A stretch of DNA of 64,000 nt from an uncultured Micrococcales bacterium (GTDB lineage: Bacteria; Actinomycetota; Actinomycetes; Actinomycetales; Microbacteriaceae): the NCBI GenBank assembly GCA_903880095.1, contig CAIRNX010000038.1, forward strand, positions 5,399 to 69,398. Direction: 5' to 3'. Both the position numbers and the translations under genes were made by a program. Of this stretch, positions 54,765 through 64,000 are shown in pieces. A model generated the notes under the pieces. It saw only the letters and a program-made list of their open reading frames with translations. It did no database searches and was not told where the DNA came from. Each line of letters starts with the position of its first letter. The first letter of the stretch is position 1.

Positions 54765-55852
54765 AGCCCAGCCTTCTTGAAGCCACGCAGAATCTGCTCG
54801 ATAAGTTCTTCGCGAGCCTCGAGGCTCTGGAATGTCGCCTCGGCGGCGTTTAGCTGAAATTGCTGCAGGTCTTCGAGGTTATATTCGAAGGCCTTGGTCA
54901 GTAGCTCGAGTTCGCGAGTGATTGAGGTTCCACTCATGAGTCGGTTGTCTGGGTTCACGGTAACCATGAAGCCAAGCTGGTAGAGAATGTCGAACGGGTG
55001 GTCGGTCATCTCGGTTCCCCACTCAGAGACTGCACCTGTCTGCAAGTTTGAAGAAGGCGAAAGTTCTAGAGGGATCTGCCTAAAGTGAACCCACTCGGCA
55101 ACCTCGCCAAGTTCTACGAAGTCGCGGTCGCCTTCGCTTCGGCTCGAAAGAATGTCATCGGCGATTCGAACGCCGTGACCCAAACGCAGTGCTCTGCCAG
55201 AGACGAGCGCGTCGGCGATGCTCTCAACGCCGTCGCCCTCACCAGCGTGAACAGTGATCGGCATCATCTGGGTGGCAAGGTAATCGAATGCCTCGCGGTG
55301 CAGCGAAGGCGGGAACCCGGCTTCTGGCCCGGCGATGTCGAAACCGACAACACCGTTGAATCGATGGCGAACCGCAAGTTCGGCAATTTCGAGGCCGCGG
55401 TTATTTTGGCGCATTGCGGTGATTAGCTGACCGGTGCGAATGTCTCCGCCAAGTTCTGCCACGTCATCGGCGCCCTGTTCGAGGCCGTCCTGAACAGCCT
55501 CGACAACCTCATCGAGAGTCAAACCTTTTTCGAGATGCTGCTCTGGCGCCCAACGAATTTCACCGTAGATAACGCCGTCTTTGTGGAGGTCTTGCACGAA
55601 CTCACGGGCCACGCGAGTGAGCCCAGCGCGAGTCTGCATGACGGCACAGGTGTGGGCGAAGGTTTCGAGGTATTGCGGTAGCGAGCCAGAGTCTGCCGAG
55701 TCTCTGAACCATTTACCAAGGGCTGCGCTGTCGCTGGCTGGGAGCTTGTGACCAATCTCATCGGCAAGTTCGACGATGGTTTGTGGGCGAAGCCCGCCAT
55801 CGAGGTGATCATGAAGCGAAATCTTTGGCAGTGCCTTGAACTTGATGGCCAT
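54761..55852 (-). CDS. add: adenosine deaminase
   Basis: SLHDHLDGG, TVHAGEGDG and TVNPDNRL. Confidence 0.93.
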   Translation of the reverse strand: MAIKFKALPKISLHDHLDGGLRPQTIVELADEIGHKLPASDSAALGKWFRDSADSGSLPQYLETFAHTCAVMQTRAGLTRVAREFVQDLHKDGVIYGEIRWAPEQHLEKGLTLDEVVEAVQDGLEQGADDVAELGGDIRTGQLITAMRQNNRGLEIAELAVRHRFNGVVGFDIAGPEAGFPPSLHREAFDYLATQMMPITVHAGEGDGVESIADALVSGRALRLGHGVRIADDILSSRSEGDRDFVELGEVAEWVHFRQIPLELSPSSNLQTGAVSEWGTEMTDHPFDILYQLGFMVTVNPDNRLMSGTSITRELELLTKAFEYNLEDLQQFQLNAAEATFQSLEAREELIEQILRGFKKAGL

Positions 55853-56943
55853 TATTTTGTGCTGCCTTTCGGGGTTGGGATTTCGCCCGAGTTGATACCC
55901 GAGATTAGGTTGCTTCTTGAAGAGTTGAAGAGTGCGGCATAGGCGACATCTCGCTCACCTGTGAGAGAAACACCGCCGTTTAAAAGTGTTCCTACATATT
56001 CGTTGGTGGCTGGGTCGCCAACGGTCTGCGAGGCTACGAAGTTTTTGATCACTTCAAGCACCGGGCGCGAAACCTGCTTAACCGTTGAGGCAAGTATATG
56101 TGAACGCCAAGCGATGTTGTCGGTGTCCATAAACCAATCGCGATCACAGCCAATCACGAACGCGTCTGACTTGCCCACCGTCGCCAATCCAGCACCGGAA
56201 CCGGCAGCACCTGCAACAGGGTAGATGACGTCGGCGCCGTCGGCAAAGAACGCAGCCGAGGTGGCCTTGGCAGCTCTCTTGTCGGTAGAACTACCCAGAA
56301 ACGTCCATTTGCTTGCAATATCAGGCGCCCCTAGAACGACGACGTCAGAATCAGAATCATTGTTGAAGAGTTGAACGCCGTCAGAAAAACCCTGCATAGC
56401 CGCCCGCACTGCAGGTGTGTCGTATGAACCAAATGTGGCCACAAGACCGGTCTTAGAGTTTGCTGCGGCAAGGTATCCGGCGAGAATCGCGCTCTGACCG
56501 GCGGCAAAAGTGAGATGTTTTAAGTTATTGGCTAAGGGCTGCCAACCATCACTCGGCACCACATCATCGACCAAAACGAAGGCCACGTCTGGGTTGGCGC
56601 GAGCGACCTTAACCAAGGCAGCCCGAACTTTTTCGCCTGTAGCGACTACAACGTTGCAGCCACGGCGAACCATCGAGTTGATTGCCTTAAAAATCGAGTT
56701 TGGGCCGCTCTTTTCATGCAAAACTGCCTGCTGCTTTGCAACACCAAGAGACACAACGGCCTCTTTGATGGCTGAGTATGCCGATTCGTTTACTCCGCCA
56801 TCGGTTAGGCCGCTGGCACTAGCGACCAGACATGCGGTGAACGAGGCCGGGGTTGGTGTTGCCGTTTCGGTTGGCAGGTTCGCGCAACCGGTCAAAACCA
56901 TTGCCGGCAAAAGTGCAAGTGTTAGTTTGCTAAAGAACGTCAC
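55852..56943 (-). CDS. BMP-family (PnrA/Med-like) nucleoside-binding ABC substrate-binding lipoprotein
   Basis: Lipobox VLTGC. 363 aa with periplasmic-binding-protein-like composition. No permease or ATPase genes are adjacent. Confidence 0.8.
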   Translation of the reverse strand: MTFFSKLTLALLPAMVLTGCANLPTETATPTPASFTACLVASASGLTDGGVNESAYSAIKEAVVSLGVAKQQAVLHEKSGPNSIFKAINSMVRRGCNVVVATGEKVRAALVKVARANPDVAFVLVDDVVPSDGWQPLANNLKHLTFAAGQSAILAGYLAAANSKTGLVATFGSYDTPAVRAAMQGFSDGVQLFNNDSDSDVVVLGAPDIASKWTFLGSSTDKRAAKATSAAFFADGADVIYPVAGAAGSGAGLATVGKSDAFVIGCDRDWFMDTDNIAWRSHILASTVKQVSRPVLEVIKNFVASQTVGDPATNEYVGTLLNGGVSLTGERDVAYAALFNSSRSNLISGINSGEIPTPKGSTK

Positions 56944-58039
56944 CGTGACCCGAATTCTTCAGGGTTTCGACGATATTTTTCACGCCTTGCGCGTGCTCCT
57001 TTGTGGTGATCAAAAGTGCGTCTGGGGTGTCAACAATGATGATGTCTTTCAAACCGACAACCGCGATTAGGCGCTTTGACTGCCCGACCAAGATTCCGCT
57101 CGAATCTTCGGCAAGTAGCTGTGCGTCACCAATTACCGCAAGGTTTTCTGGGCGACCGCCCGAAAGTAGCTCGGCAACTCCGGCGAAGTCTCCAACATCG
57201 TGCCATTCAAACTCGGCTGGAATCACGGCGACCAACCCAGCAGCCGCGGCTGGCTCGGCGACGGTGTAGTCGAAGGCAATCTTCTTGAGCTCCGGCCAAT
57301 ACTTCGCGACCAAATCTGCGCGAGTCGGGGTGTCCCACGCTTCAGCAATTTCGACGATTCTCTCGTGAAGTTCTGGCTCGCTCTTGGAAATCTGTTCAAG
57401 AATCAGTGAGGCTGGGGCAACAAACATGCCCGCGTTCCACAAAAAGTTGCCAGACTCAAAAAACTCTTGGGCAACCTTTTTGTTTGGCTTCTCAACAAAG
57501 TCGTTCACCTCGCGGGCGTTCGGGGCGCCTTCGACATCTAGCGAAGCGCCAGCGTGGATATAACCAAACGAGGTGGCGGCAAAGGTTGGACGAATGCCAA
57601 TCGTGACTAGGCGGCCGGTTGCAGCAACTTCGATAGCTTCACGAATCGTCCTGGCAAAAGCCTTGTCATCGGCAATGGCATGGTCGGCAGCAAACGAACC
57701 GATGATTACGTCTGGTTCGCGCTTCGAAAGAATCGCCGCGGCGAGCGCGATGGCTGCCGTTGAGTCACGAGGCGACTGCTCCAAGAAAAGGTTGGTTGGT
57801 TGAAGATCAGCGAGCTGCTCGAGGATTCCGCCCTGGTGTGCGGCCCCGGCCACAACCGCAATGCGGTCGCCGGCTAGCGGAACCAGGCGATCCCAGGTGC
57901 CCTGCAAAAGTGTGCGCCCAGAGCCGGTTAGGTCGTGCAAAAACTTGGGCGCTGCGGCACGCGATAGCGGCCAAAGTCGTGAACCAACGCCACCTGCGGG
58001 AATAACCGCGTGGAATCGTTCGCTTGGTGTTTTAGGCAT
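56930..58039 (-). CDS. manC: mannose-1-phosphate guanylyltransferase
   Basis: IPAGGVGSRLWPLSR. 369 aa without a PMI domain (Rv3264c-like). Confidence 0.88.
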   Translation of the reverse strand: MPKTPSERFHAVIPAGGVGSRLWPLSRAAAPKFLHDLTGSGRTLLQGTWDRLVPLAGDRIAVVAGAAHQGGILEQLADLQPTNLFLEQSPRDSTAAIALAAAILSKREPDVIIGSFAADHAIADDKAFARTIREAIEVAATGRLVTIGIRPTFAATSFGYIHAGASLDVEGAPNAREVNDFVEKPNKKVAQEFFESGNFLWNAGMFVAPASLILEQISKSEPELHERIVEIAEAWDTPTRADLVAKYWPELKKIAFDYTVAEPAAAAGLVAVIPAEFEWHDVGDFAGVAELLSGGRPENLAVIGDAQLLAEDSSGILVGQSKRLIAVVGLKDIIIVDTPDALLITTKEHAQGVKNIVETLKNSGHGDVL

Positions 58040-58137
58040 ACCAAAAGCGTATCCGAACTGGCCGAGTTGGCAGTAGCGCGGAGTAACGAAGGTTTAGACT
58101 AGTAAGGCTTCAACGCCGAGCAAATACAGGAGGAATA

Positions 58138-58530
58138 GTGCCAACCAAGCCTGCCGGCACCCTTTACCGTGGCAAGACCGGAATGTGGTCGTGGGTTCTC
58201 CACCGCATCACCGGCGTGGCCATCTTCTTCTTTCTACTTGTGCACACGCTAGACACCGCTCTCGTGCGCATGAGCCCAAAGGACTATGACCTAGTTATCG
58301 CGACCTATAAGGGCGCAATCATTGGCTTTGCCGAGCTCGGCCTAGTGGCCGCAATTCTCTTTCACGCGCTCAACGGCATTCGCGTGATCCTCATCGACTT
58401 CTGGAGCAAGGGCGCCAAGTACCAGCGCGTCATGTTCTGGGTTGTCATTGCTCTAGCTCTTATCTTGTTTGCAGGCTTCGCGCCAAGACACATTGCCAAC
58501 GTTATTCACGACATCGAGTTGGGTTACTAA
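58138..58530 (+). CDS. sdhC: succinate dehydrogenase cytochrome b subunit
   Basis: Three TM helices with heme His residues (HRITG, LVHTLD). GTG start preceded by AGGAGG. First gene of sdhCDAB. Confidence 0.85.
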   Translation: MPTKPAGTLYRGKTGMWSWVLHRITGVAIFFFLLVHTLDTALVRMSPKDYDLVIATYKGAIIGFAELGLVAAILFHALNGIRVILIDFWSKGAKYQRVMFWVVIALALILFAGFAPRHIANVIHDIELGY

Positions 58531-58533
58531 ATC

Positions 58534-58962
58534 ATGGTTGTCATTGAAACTCCTCGCAGTCCGCGCAGCCGCAAAAGCGCTAAGTTCGAGCGTTACGGTT
58601 GGCTCTACATGCGCTTCTCAGGTGTAGCCCTGCTAGTCCTGATCTTCGGCCACCTGATCATCAACCTGGTCATGAACGGCGGCATCACCCAGATTTCGTT
58701 TGCATTTGTTGCAGGTAAATGGGCAGACCCGTTCTGGAAGATTTGGGATGGCCTGATGCTCTGGCTGGCACTCATTCACGGAACCAACGGCATGCGCACC
58801 ATCGTAAACGACTACAGCGAGCGCCCAATGATTCGAAAGACTCTAAACGTGGCACTCTGGGTGGTTTGCGCAGCGCTAATAATCTTGGGCACCCTCGTGG
58901 TGACCACCTTCGACCCGTGCGTCGACTCATCGGTTTCACACACCCTCAGCGTCTGCAAGTAG
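58534..58962 (+). CDS. sdhD: succinate dehydrogenase hydrophobic membrane anchor subunit
   Basis: Three TM helices. Its position between sdhC and sdhA fits. Confidence 0.8.
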   Translation: MVVIETPRSPRSRKSAKFERYGWLYMRFSGVALLVLIFGHLIINLVMNGGITQISFAFVAGKWADPFWKIWDGLMLWLALIHGTNGMRTIVNDYSERPMIRKTLNVALWVVCAALIILGTLVVTTFDPCVDSSVSHTLSVCK

Positions 58963-58975
58963 AAAGCAAACCAAA

Positions 58976-60718
58976 TTGGCTAAGCCTAAGATTCACAACC
59001 ACCAGTACGACGTAGTAATCGTGGGAGCGGGTGGTGCTGGCATGCGCGCCGCGATTGAGGCAGGGCCTCACGCGAAGACCGCTGTGATTTCAAAGTTGTT
59101 CCCAACCCGAAGCCACACAGGCGCTGCCCAGGGCGGCATGGCGGCAGCGCTCGCCAACGTCGAAGAAGACAGCTGGGAATGGCACACCTTCGACACAGTC
59201 AAGGGTGGCGACTACCTCGTCGACCAGGATGCAGCTGAGATCCTTGCCAAGGAGTCAGTGCAGGCAGTTATCGATCTAGAAAACATGGGTCTGCCTTTCA
59301 ACCGCACCCCCGACGGGAAGATCGACCAGCGACGCTTCGGCGGCCACACCCGCGACCACGGCAAGGCTCCGGTTCGCCGCAGCTGCTACGCAGCCGACCG
59401 CACCGGCCACATGATTCTGCAGACCCTCTACCAAAACTGTGTAAAACTTGGCATCGAGTTCTACAACGAGTTCTATGTGCTCGACCTCGTCATGAACGAT
59501 GGCAAGCCTGCCGCAGTTGTTGCCTACGAACTAGCAACAGGCGACCTTCACGTCTTCGCCGGCAAGTCGATCATCTTTGCAACCGGCGGTTTCGGAAAGA
59601 TCTTCAAGACCACCTCAAACGCTCACACCCTCACGGGCGACGGCGTTGGCATCATCTGGCGTAAGGGACTGCCGCTCGAAGACATGGAGTTCTACCAGTT
59701 CCACCCAACCGGCCTCGCCGGCTTGGGCATCCTGCTTTCTGAGGCTGCTCGTGGTGAGGGCGGAATCCTGCGCAATTCGAGCGGCGAGCGCTTCATGGAG
59801 CGTTATGCGCCAACCATCAAAGACTTGGCTCCGCGCGACATGGTCGCCCGAGCTATGGCTAACGAGGTTCGCGAGGGTCGAGGTGCCGGCCCAAACAAGG
59901 ACTATGTTCTTCTCGACCTAACCCACCTGCCACCAGAGGTTATCGACGCCAAGCTCCCAGACATCACCGAGTTTGCTCGCACCTACCTCGGCGTCGAGCC
60001 TTACACCGAGCCTGTTCCGGTCTTCCCAACCGCGCACTACGCAATGGGTGGTATTCCGACCAACATCAAGGCCGAGGTTCTAAGCGACAACAAGAAGGTT
60101 GTTCCTGGCCTCTACGCCGCTGGTGAGTGTGCCTGCGTTAGCGTCCACGGCGCAAACCGTCTAGGCACCAACTCGCTTCTCGACATCAACGTGTTCGGCA
60201 AGCGCGCCGGAATCTATGCCGTTGAGTACGCAAAGAAGGCCAAGCACGTGCCTGTGCCTAAGGACGCGATCGAAGAGACTGTCGCCCTACTTGACCACAT
60301 GCGAAACGCCACCGGTACAGAGAAGGTTGCCGTGCTTCGCAAGGAGCTTCAAGACACCATGGACCTAAATGCCCAGGTTTACCGCACCGAGGAGAGCCTC
60401 GACGAAGCGCTCGCCAAGATTGCCGAGCTTCGCAAGCGTTACGAGCATGTCCAGGTTCAAGACAAGGGCATGCGCTTCAACACCGACCTACTCGAAGCGG
60501 TTGAGCTTGGCTTCTTGCTTGACCTCGCAGAGGTTTTGGTTGTTACCGCCAAGGAGCGCCGCGAATCTCGCGGAGGCCACTTCCGTGAAGACTACCCAAC
60601 TCGCGACGACAAGAAGTTCATGGTTCACTCGATGGCCTACAAGAAGGGCTCGAAGATCAAGATTGACTGGAAGCCAGTCACAGTTACCAACTACCAGCCA
60701 ATGGAGCGTAAGTACTAA
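58976..60718 (+). CDS. sdhA: succinate dehydrogenase flavoprotein subunit
   Basis: [24 protein letters not shown] (FAD-linked His), FHPTG and [11 protein letters not shown] start. Confidence 0.96.
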   Translation: MAKPKIHNHQYDVVIVGAGGAGMRAAIEAGPHAKTAVISKLFPTRSHTGAAQGGMAAALANVEEDSWEWHTFDTVKGGDYLVDQDAAEILAKESVQAVIDLENMGLPFNRTPDGKIDQRRFGGHTRDHGKAPVRRSCYAADRTGHMILQTLYQNCVKLGIEFYNEFYVLDLVMNDGKPAAVVAYELATGDLHVFAGKSIIFATGGFGKIFKTTSNAHTLTGDGVGIIWRKGLPLEDMEFYQFHPTGLAGLGILLSEAARGEGGILRNSSGERFMERYAPTIKDLAPRDMVARAMANEVREGRGAGPNKDYVLLDLTHLPPEVIDAKLPDITEFARTYLGVEPYTEPVPVFPTAHYAMGGIPTNIKAEVLSDNKKVVPGLYAAGECACVSVHGANRLGTNSLLDINVFGKRAGIYAVEYAKKAKHVPVPKDAIEETVALLDHMRNATGTEKVAVLRKELQDTMDLNAQVYRTEESLDEALAKIAELRKRYEHVQVQDKGMRFNTDLLEAVELGFLLDLAEVLVVTAKERRESRGGHFREDYPTRDDKKFMVHSMAYKKGSKIKIDWKPVTVTNYQPMERKY

Positions 60719-61455
60719 TGAGCGACGTAAAGGTTATCGACGAGATCCCGACCTACCAGGTCACGCTCTTCGTTCGCCGCTTCAACCAAGAAGACGGCCT
60801 CGAGGCTCGCTGGGAAGACTTTGACGTCACCGTTCACGGCACCGACCGCGTTCTCGACGCCCTTCACAAAATCAAGTGGGAGCAGGATGGCTCGCTAACG
60901 TTCCGTCGTTCATGCGCCCACGGCGTCTGTGGTTCTGACGCCATGCGCATCAATGGCCGCAACCGCCTAGCCTGCAAGACCCTGATCAAAGACTTGGACA
61001 TGACCAAGCCGATTTATGTCGAGCCGATCAAGGGTCTGACCGTAGAAAAAGACCTTGTGGTCGACATGAACCCGTTCTACGAGGCATACCGTGACGTCAA
61101 GCCGTTCCTAATCGCAAGCGACAAGCCGGCGAAGGAGCGAATTCAGTCGCCTGAAGACCGCGAGCGCTTCGAAGACACCACCAAGTGCATTCTTTGCGCA
61201 GCTTGCACCTCAAGCTGCCCAGTTTTCTGGACAGACGGCCAATACTTCGGCCCGGCAGCGATTGTGAATGCCCACCGCTTCATCTTTGACAGCCGCGATG
61301 AAGCCGCCGAGGTTCGCCTAGACATCCTCAACGACAAAGAAGGCGTGTGGCGTTGCCGCACCACCTTCAACTGCACCGAGGCCTGCCCTCGAGGCATCGA
61401 GGTCACCAAGGCAATCGCCGAGGTTAAGCAGGCTATTCTTCGCGGAAAGCCGTAA
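60718..61455 (+). CDS. sdhB: succinate dehydrogenase iron-sulfur subunit
   Basis: Three Cys clusters: CAHGVCGSDAMRINGRNRLAC, CILCAACTSSCP and CRTTFNCTEACP. Confidence 0.95.
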   Translation: MSDVKVIDEIPTYQVTLFVRRFNQEDGLEARWEDFDVTVHGTDRVLDALHKIKWEQDGSLTFRRSCAHGVCGSDAMRINGRNRLACKTLIKDLDMTKPIYVEPIKGLTVEKDLVVDMNPFYEAYRDVKPFLIASDKPAKERIQSPEDRERFEDTTKCILCAACTSSCPVFWTDGQYFGPAAIVNAHRFIFDSRDEAAEVRLDILNDKEGVWRCRTTFNCTEACPRGIEVTKAIAEVKQAILRGKP

Positions 61456-61480
61456 GCCTGAGAGTTTGCTAACAGTTTGT

Positions 61481-61514
61481 CGAAACGGTCACCGAAAGGT
61501 GGCCGTTTCGCTTT
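61481..61514 (+). terminator. hairpin terminator after sdhB
   Basis: CGAAACGGTCACC-GAAA-GGTGGCCGTTTCG (13-bp stem with one G-U, GAAA loop), followed by CTTT. The T-tract is weak. Confidence 0.5.
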
Positions 61515-61525
61515 AACCTCTAACC

Positions 61526-61993
61526 ATGACTTGCGAAAACCTATGCGGCACAGTTGTGTGCGAAGAACACACACCAAAGACTCCAGAGAACGCCCTGCTT
61601 AGCCGCAGAGGGCTGCTAAGCGCATTCGCAGGCATCGCCGCAACTATCGGCTTAGCCTCGTTTGGCGAATCTGCGATGGCTGCTTCGAAGACATACGTGG
61701 CGTGCAAAACCACAGACATAACCGTCGGTGGCGCCAAACTAGTTACCCTGCCAGGCACAAACGTTCAGATCGTTGTAACCAGACCAAACAAGACTAGCTA
61801 CCACGCCTTCAGCCCTTATTGCACACACCAGACAACCATGCTTAGCGGCATTCAGGGCACAAACCTTATTTGCCAACGCCATGGTGCTTCATACAACACG
61901 ACGACCGGTTCTCCAACGGGTGGCCCAGCCAGAGGTGGCTTAAAGCGCTACACGACCACCGTTGTAGGAACCAGTGTGAAGGTTACTGTTTAA
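61526..61993 (+). CDS. Tat-exported Rieske [2Fe-2S] domain protein
   Basis: Twin-arginine motif SRRGLLSAF. Rieske ligands CTHQ...CQRHG. Confidence 0.8.
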   Translation: MTCENLCGTVVCEEHTPKTPENALLSRRGLLSAFAGIAATIGLASFGESAMAASKTYVACKTTDITVGGAKLVTLPGTNVQIVVTRPNKTSYHAFSPYCTHQTTMLSGIQGTNLICQRHGASYNTTTGSPTGGPARGGLKRYTTTVVGTSVKVTV

Positions 61994-63509
61994 GGGTTTC
62001 TCTAAGCGCCGGAATCAACGCCGGCGATGCCGAAAGGCTGTCGACCCCCATTTCGACGAAGAGCTTTGCAGACTCGTGATCTGCCGCGGCCTCGCCGCAA
62101 ACGCCAACGGGAATCCCGCGAGCATTAGCAATGCTCAAAACTCTCTCAATAACCGCCAAAACCTTCGGGTCTCTCGCATCTGAAATATCTGAGGCAACGC
62201 CGTGACGGTTCTTGCCGAGCGTGTATTGCGAAAGGTCGTTGGTGCCGATGCTCAAGAAGTCAATCTGCTCGAGGGCGTCATCGAGCGCATCAACGAGCTC
62301 GGGCACCTCAACCATGATTCCGATGTTTCTGATGCCGTGAAGCTTTGCCGAGCGTGCAAACTCGTTTGCCTCGGCTGCCGTAATCACCATCGGAGCCATC
62401 ACCCAAAGGTTGCTGTTTGGCACATTGTTTTGGGCGATAGAAAGTGCCTCGAGTTGGGTGTCGAGAATCGAATGGTTGGCAAGAAGCACCTGAAAACCGC
62501 GGTTTGCGTATTTACCTGAGCCGGCAAAGAAAAGGAAAGGCAGCGGTTTGTCGGTGTCGGTGTCGAGCACGCGAACAATCACGCGCTGCCCCTCAAAAAA
62601 GCTGAGCAGTCTGGTGTATTCGAGAACCTGTTCGTCGAGGGTTGGTGGATCTTGGCGACCCAAAAACAACAGTTCGGTTCTAAAAAGCCCGACGCCTTCA
62701 GCACCAACGCGATGAGCCGCCTCTGCCTCAGCGCTTGAGCCAAGGTTCGCCAAAACAGTTACAGGCAACTCGCCTGGTTGAATCGGTGGTAAAACCTCGT
62801 CTTCAAACACTTCTGCGCGGGCGTAATTCTCTAACTCTTCGGCCGATGGCTCCACAAAAATCTGCCCGCTCGAGGCGTCCACGAGCACATCGATACCGTC
62901 GGTTAGCAAACCGATTGCGCTCACGCCAACCACTGAAGGAATCTTCACCGATCGCAGCACGATGCCGGTGTGACTGGTGGCGGTGCCCGTCCGGGTTATC
63001 ACTGCTAGGACTACCGCTGGGTCTAGTTTCGATGCAACCATCGGCGAGAGGGTGTCGGTCACCAAAACATACGGAGTCGTTGGCAATTCGACCTCGTCAA
63101 CCCCAACCAATGTGTCGATAACCTTTTCGGCGAGCGCCACAAGGTCGTCTGAACGCTCAGCAAAGTAACCCCCGAGCGAAGCCAAAGACCTTGCAAACTG
63201 AGCGAAGGCACCGCGAATGGCTCTGTCGGCCGAAACTCCGTCAGCCAGCCGGGACTTGATTTGTTCAACCAGCGAAGGGTCACGAAGCATCATTCCCAAG
63301 GCACCCATAACGGCGTCGACCTCAGCGCGACCAGAAGCTTGCTCGATTTCGTCGGCAACCACTTCAACAGCACCGCGAATAGCGGTTAGGTTGTGGCGCG
63401 AACCAATCGCGCTAGAAAGTTCTCGTTGAGAGCGGTCTACCACCCGAAAAACAGGCCCGACACCGACGCCATTACCAACGCCGCTACCAACCAAGACCCG
63501 TTCTGCCAT
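61983..63509 (-). CDS. ptsI: phosphoenolpyruvate--protein phosphotransferase (PTS Enzyme I)
   Basis: GTATSHTGIVLRS (phospho-His), FLSIGTNDLSQY and VCGEAA. At 508 aa it is shorter than typical EI. Confidence 0.86.
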   Translation of the reverse strand: MAERVLVGSGVGNGVGVGPVFRVVDRSQRELSSAIGSRHNLTAIRGAVEVVADEIEQASGRAEVDAVMGALGMMLRDPSLVEQIKSRLADGVSADRAIRGAFAQFARSLASLGGYFAERSDDLVALAEKVIDTLVGVDEVELPTTPYVLVTDTLSPMVASKLDPAVVLAVITRTGTATSHTGIVLRSVKIPSVVGVSAIGLLTDGIDVLVDASSGQIFVEPSAEELENYARAEVFEDEVLPPIQPGELPVTVLANLGSSAEAEAAHRVGAEGVGLFRTELLFLGRQDPPTLDEQVLEYTRLLSFFEGQRVIVRVLDTDTDKPLPFLFFAGSGKYANRGFQVLLANHSILDTQLEALSIAQNNVPNSNLWVMAPMVITAAEANEFARSAKLHGIRNIGIMVEVPELVDALDDALEQIDFLSIGTNDLSQYTLGKNRHGVASDISDARDPKVLAVIERVLSIANARGIPVGVCGEAAADHESAKLFVEMGVDSLSASPALIPALRETLKQ

Positions 63510-63572
63510 AACACGATGCTAGGCGCAAACTAAACGCTCACGCTAATCGAACAGGCGAATATACTTGGGGCT

Positions 63573-64000
63573 ATGCCTAATAAAGCAATCAGCGTTGCAA
63601 CCATCAATGTCAACGGCGTTCGCGCCGCATTTCGCAAGGGCATGGCCGACTGGGTTAGGGCCAATGAGCCAGACATCATCGCCCTTCAAGAGGTGCGCGC
63701 CGAAACCACCGACCTCGAAACACTTTTCGCCGAACTGGGCGAATGGCACATTCTTCACGACCCCGCGAGCGCCAAAGGTCGCGCGGGTGTTGCCTTACTA
63801 AGCAAAAAACCTGCAATCGCCCACCGCACGGTTCTCGGCCCAGACGAATTCGACTCGGCCGGCCGCTGGCTCGAAGCCGACTACGAATTTGACGGCAAGA
63901 TCCTCACCGTTATCTCTACCTACGTTCACTCCGGCGAGGTTGACGCCCCGAAGCAGGTCGAGAAATACAAGTTCCTCGAGGCCATGACAGCCCGCATGAA
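63573..64000 (+). CDS. xthA: exodeoxyribonuclease III (5' part; runs off the right edge)
   Basis: My own translation from ATG 63573 reads MPNKAISVATINVNGVRAAFRKGMADWVRANEPDIIALQEVRA... and stays open to the window end. It is missing from the ORF track because it has no stop codon. Confidence 0.88.
   Translation, partial: MPNKAISVATINVNGVRAAFRKGMADWVRANEPDIIALQEVRAETTDLETLFAELGEWHILHDPASAKGRAGVALLSKKPAIAHRTVLGPDEFDSAGRWLEADYEFDGKILTVISTYVHSGEVDAPKQVEKYKFLEAMTARM

Noticed and set aside
63565-63801. 78-aa ORF from the track at the right edge.
   Set aside because: It is an out-of-frame shadow of xthA. The frame starting at ATG 63573 gives an unmistakable exonuclease III N-terminus and stays open to the window end.

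Overview
This 64-kb window is a very gene-dense actinobacterial chromosome segment with about 70 protein genes, one tRNA and almost no intergenic DNA. GC looks moderate by eye; I did not compute it.

The backbone is collinear with the conserved actinobacterial region that, as I recall it, spans roughly Rv3219-Rv3319 in Mycobacterium tuberculosis H37Rv. The order is whiB1-pdtaS, an Rv3235-like gene, secA-hpf-comF-lpqB-mtrB-mtrA-ahcY-manB, DUF5719 plus a membrane GT2, whiB2, galE, manA, purE-purK, a PH-domain protein, birA, accD5-accE5, maf, accA3, lpdA, purine nucleoside phosphorylase, pmmB, add, manC and sdhCDAB. A TagF/TagGH/LCP wall-polymer cluster suggests a non-mycolate, Micrococcales-like organism, but that is tentative.

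I saw no rRNA, CRISPR array, transposase, integrase or recognisable defence gene.

The places that depart from the backbone and deserve a second look are:
1. A small AT-richer islet (about 1.6-2.6 kb) bracketed by a duplicated tRNA-Lys 3' segment. It carries phased 11-bp repeat arrays and one zinc-ribbon ORF but no integrase.
2. An operon (43.3-46.6 kb) joining a TRAM RNA methyltransferase, a membrane GHKL/HisKA_3-like kinase whose phospho-acceptor His position reads Tyr, and a second membrane protein. No response regulator is present.
3. An orphan CpaB-like/ParA-like pair that appears co-transcribed with pdtaS.
4. Ascorbate-type PTS IIA and IIB genes without IIC or HPr, translationally coupled to nucleoside-salvage genes, with Enzyme I about 8 kb away.
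5. A 6-codon in-frame tandem duplication in the DNA-binding domain of mtrA.
6. An 11-kb wall-glycopolymer cluster that includes an 843-aa Cys-rich, repeat-containing LysM protein.
7. All 11 convergent protein-gene pairs overlap at their 3' ends, 7 of them by exactly 4 bp.

Every functional call rests on motifs I could read in the translations plus remembered family and synteny knowledge. No database search was run, and start codons are inferred.
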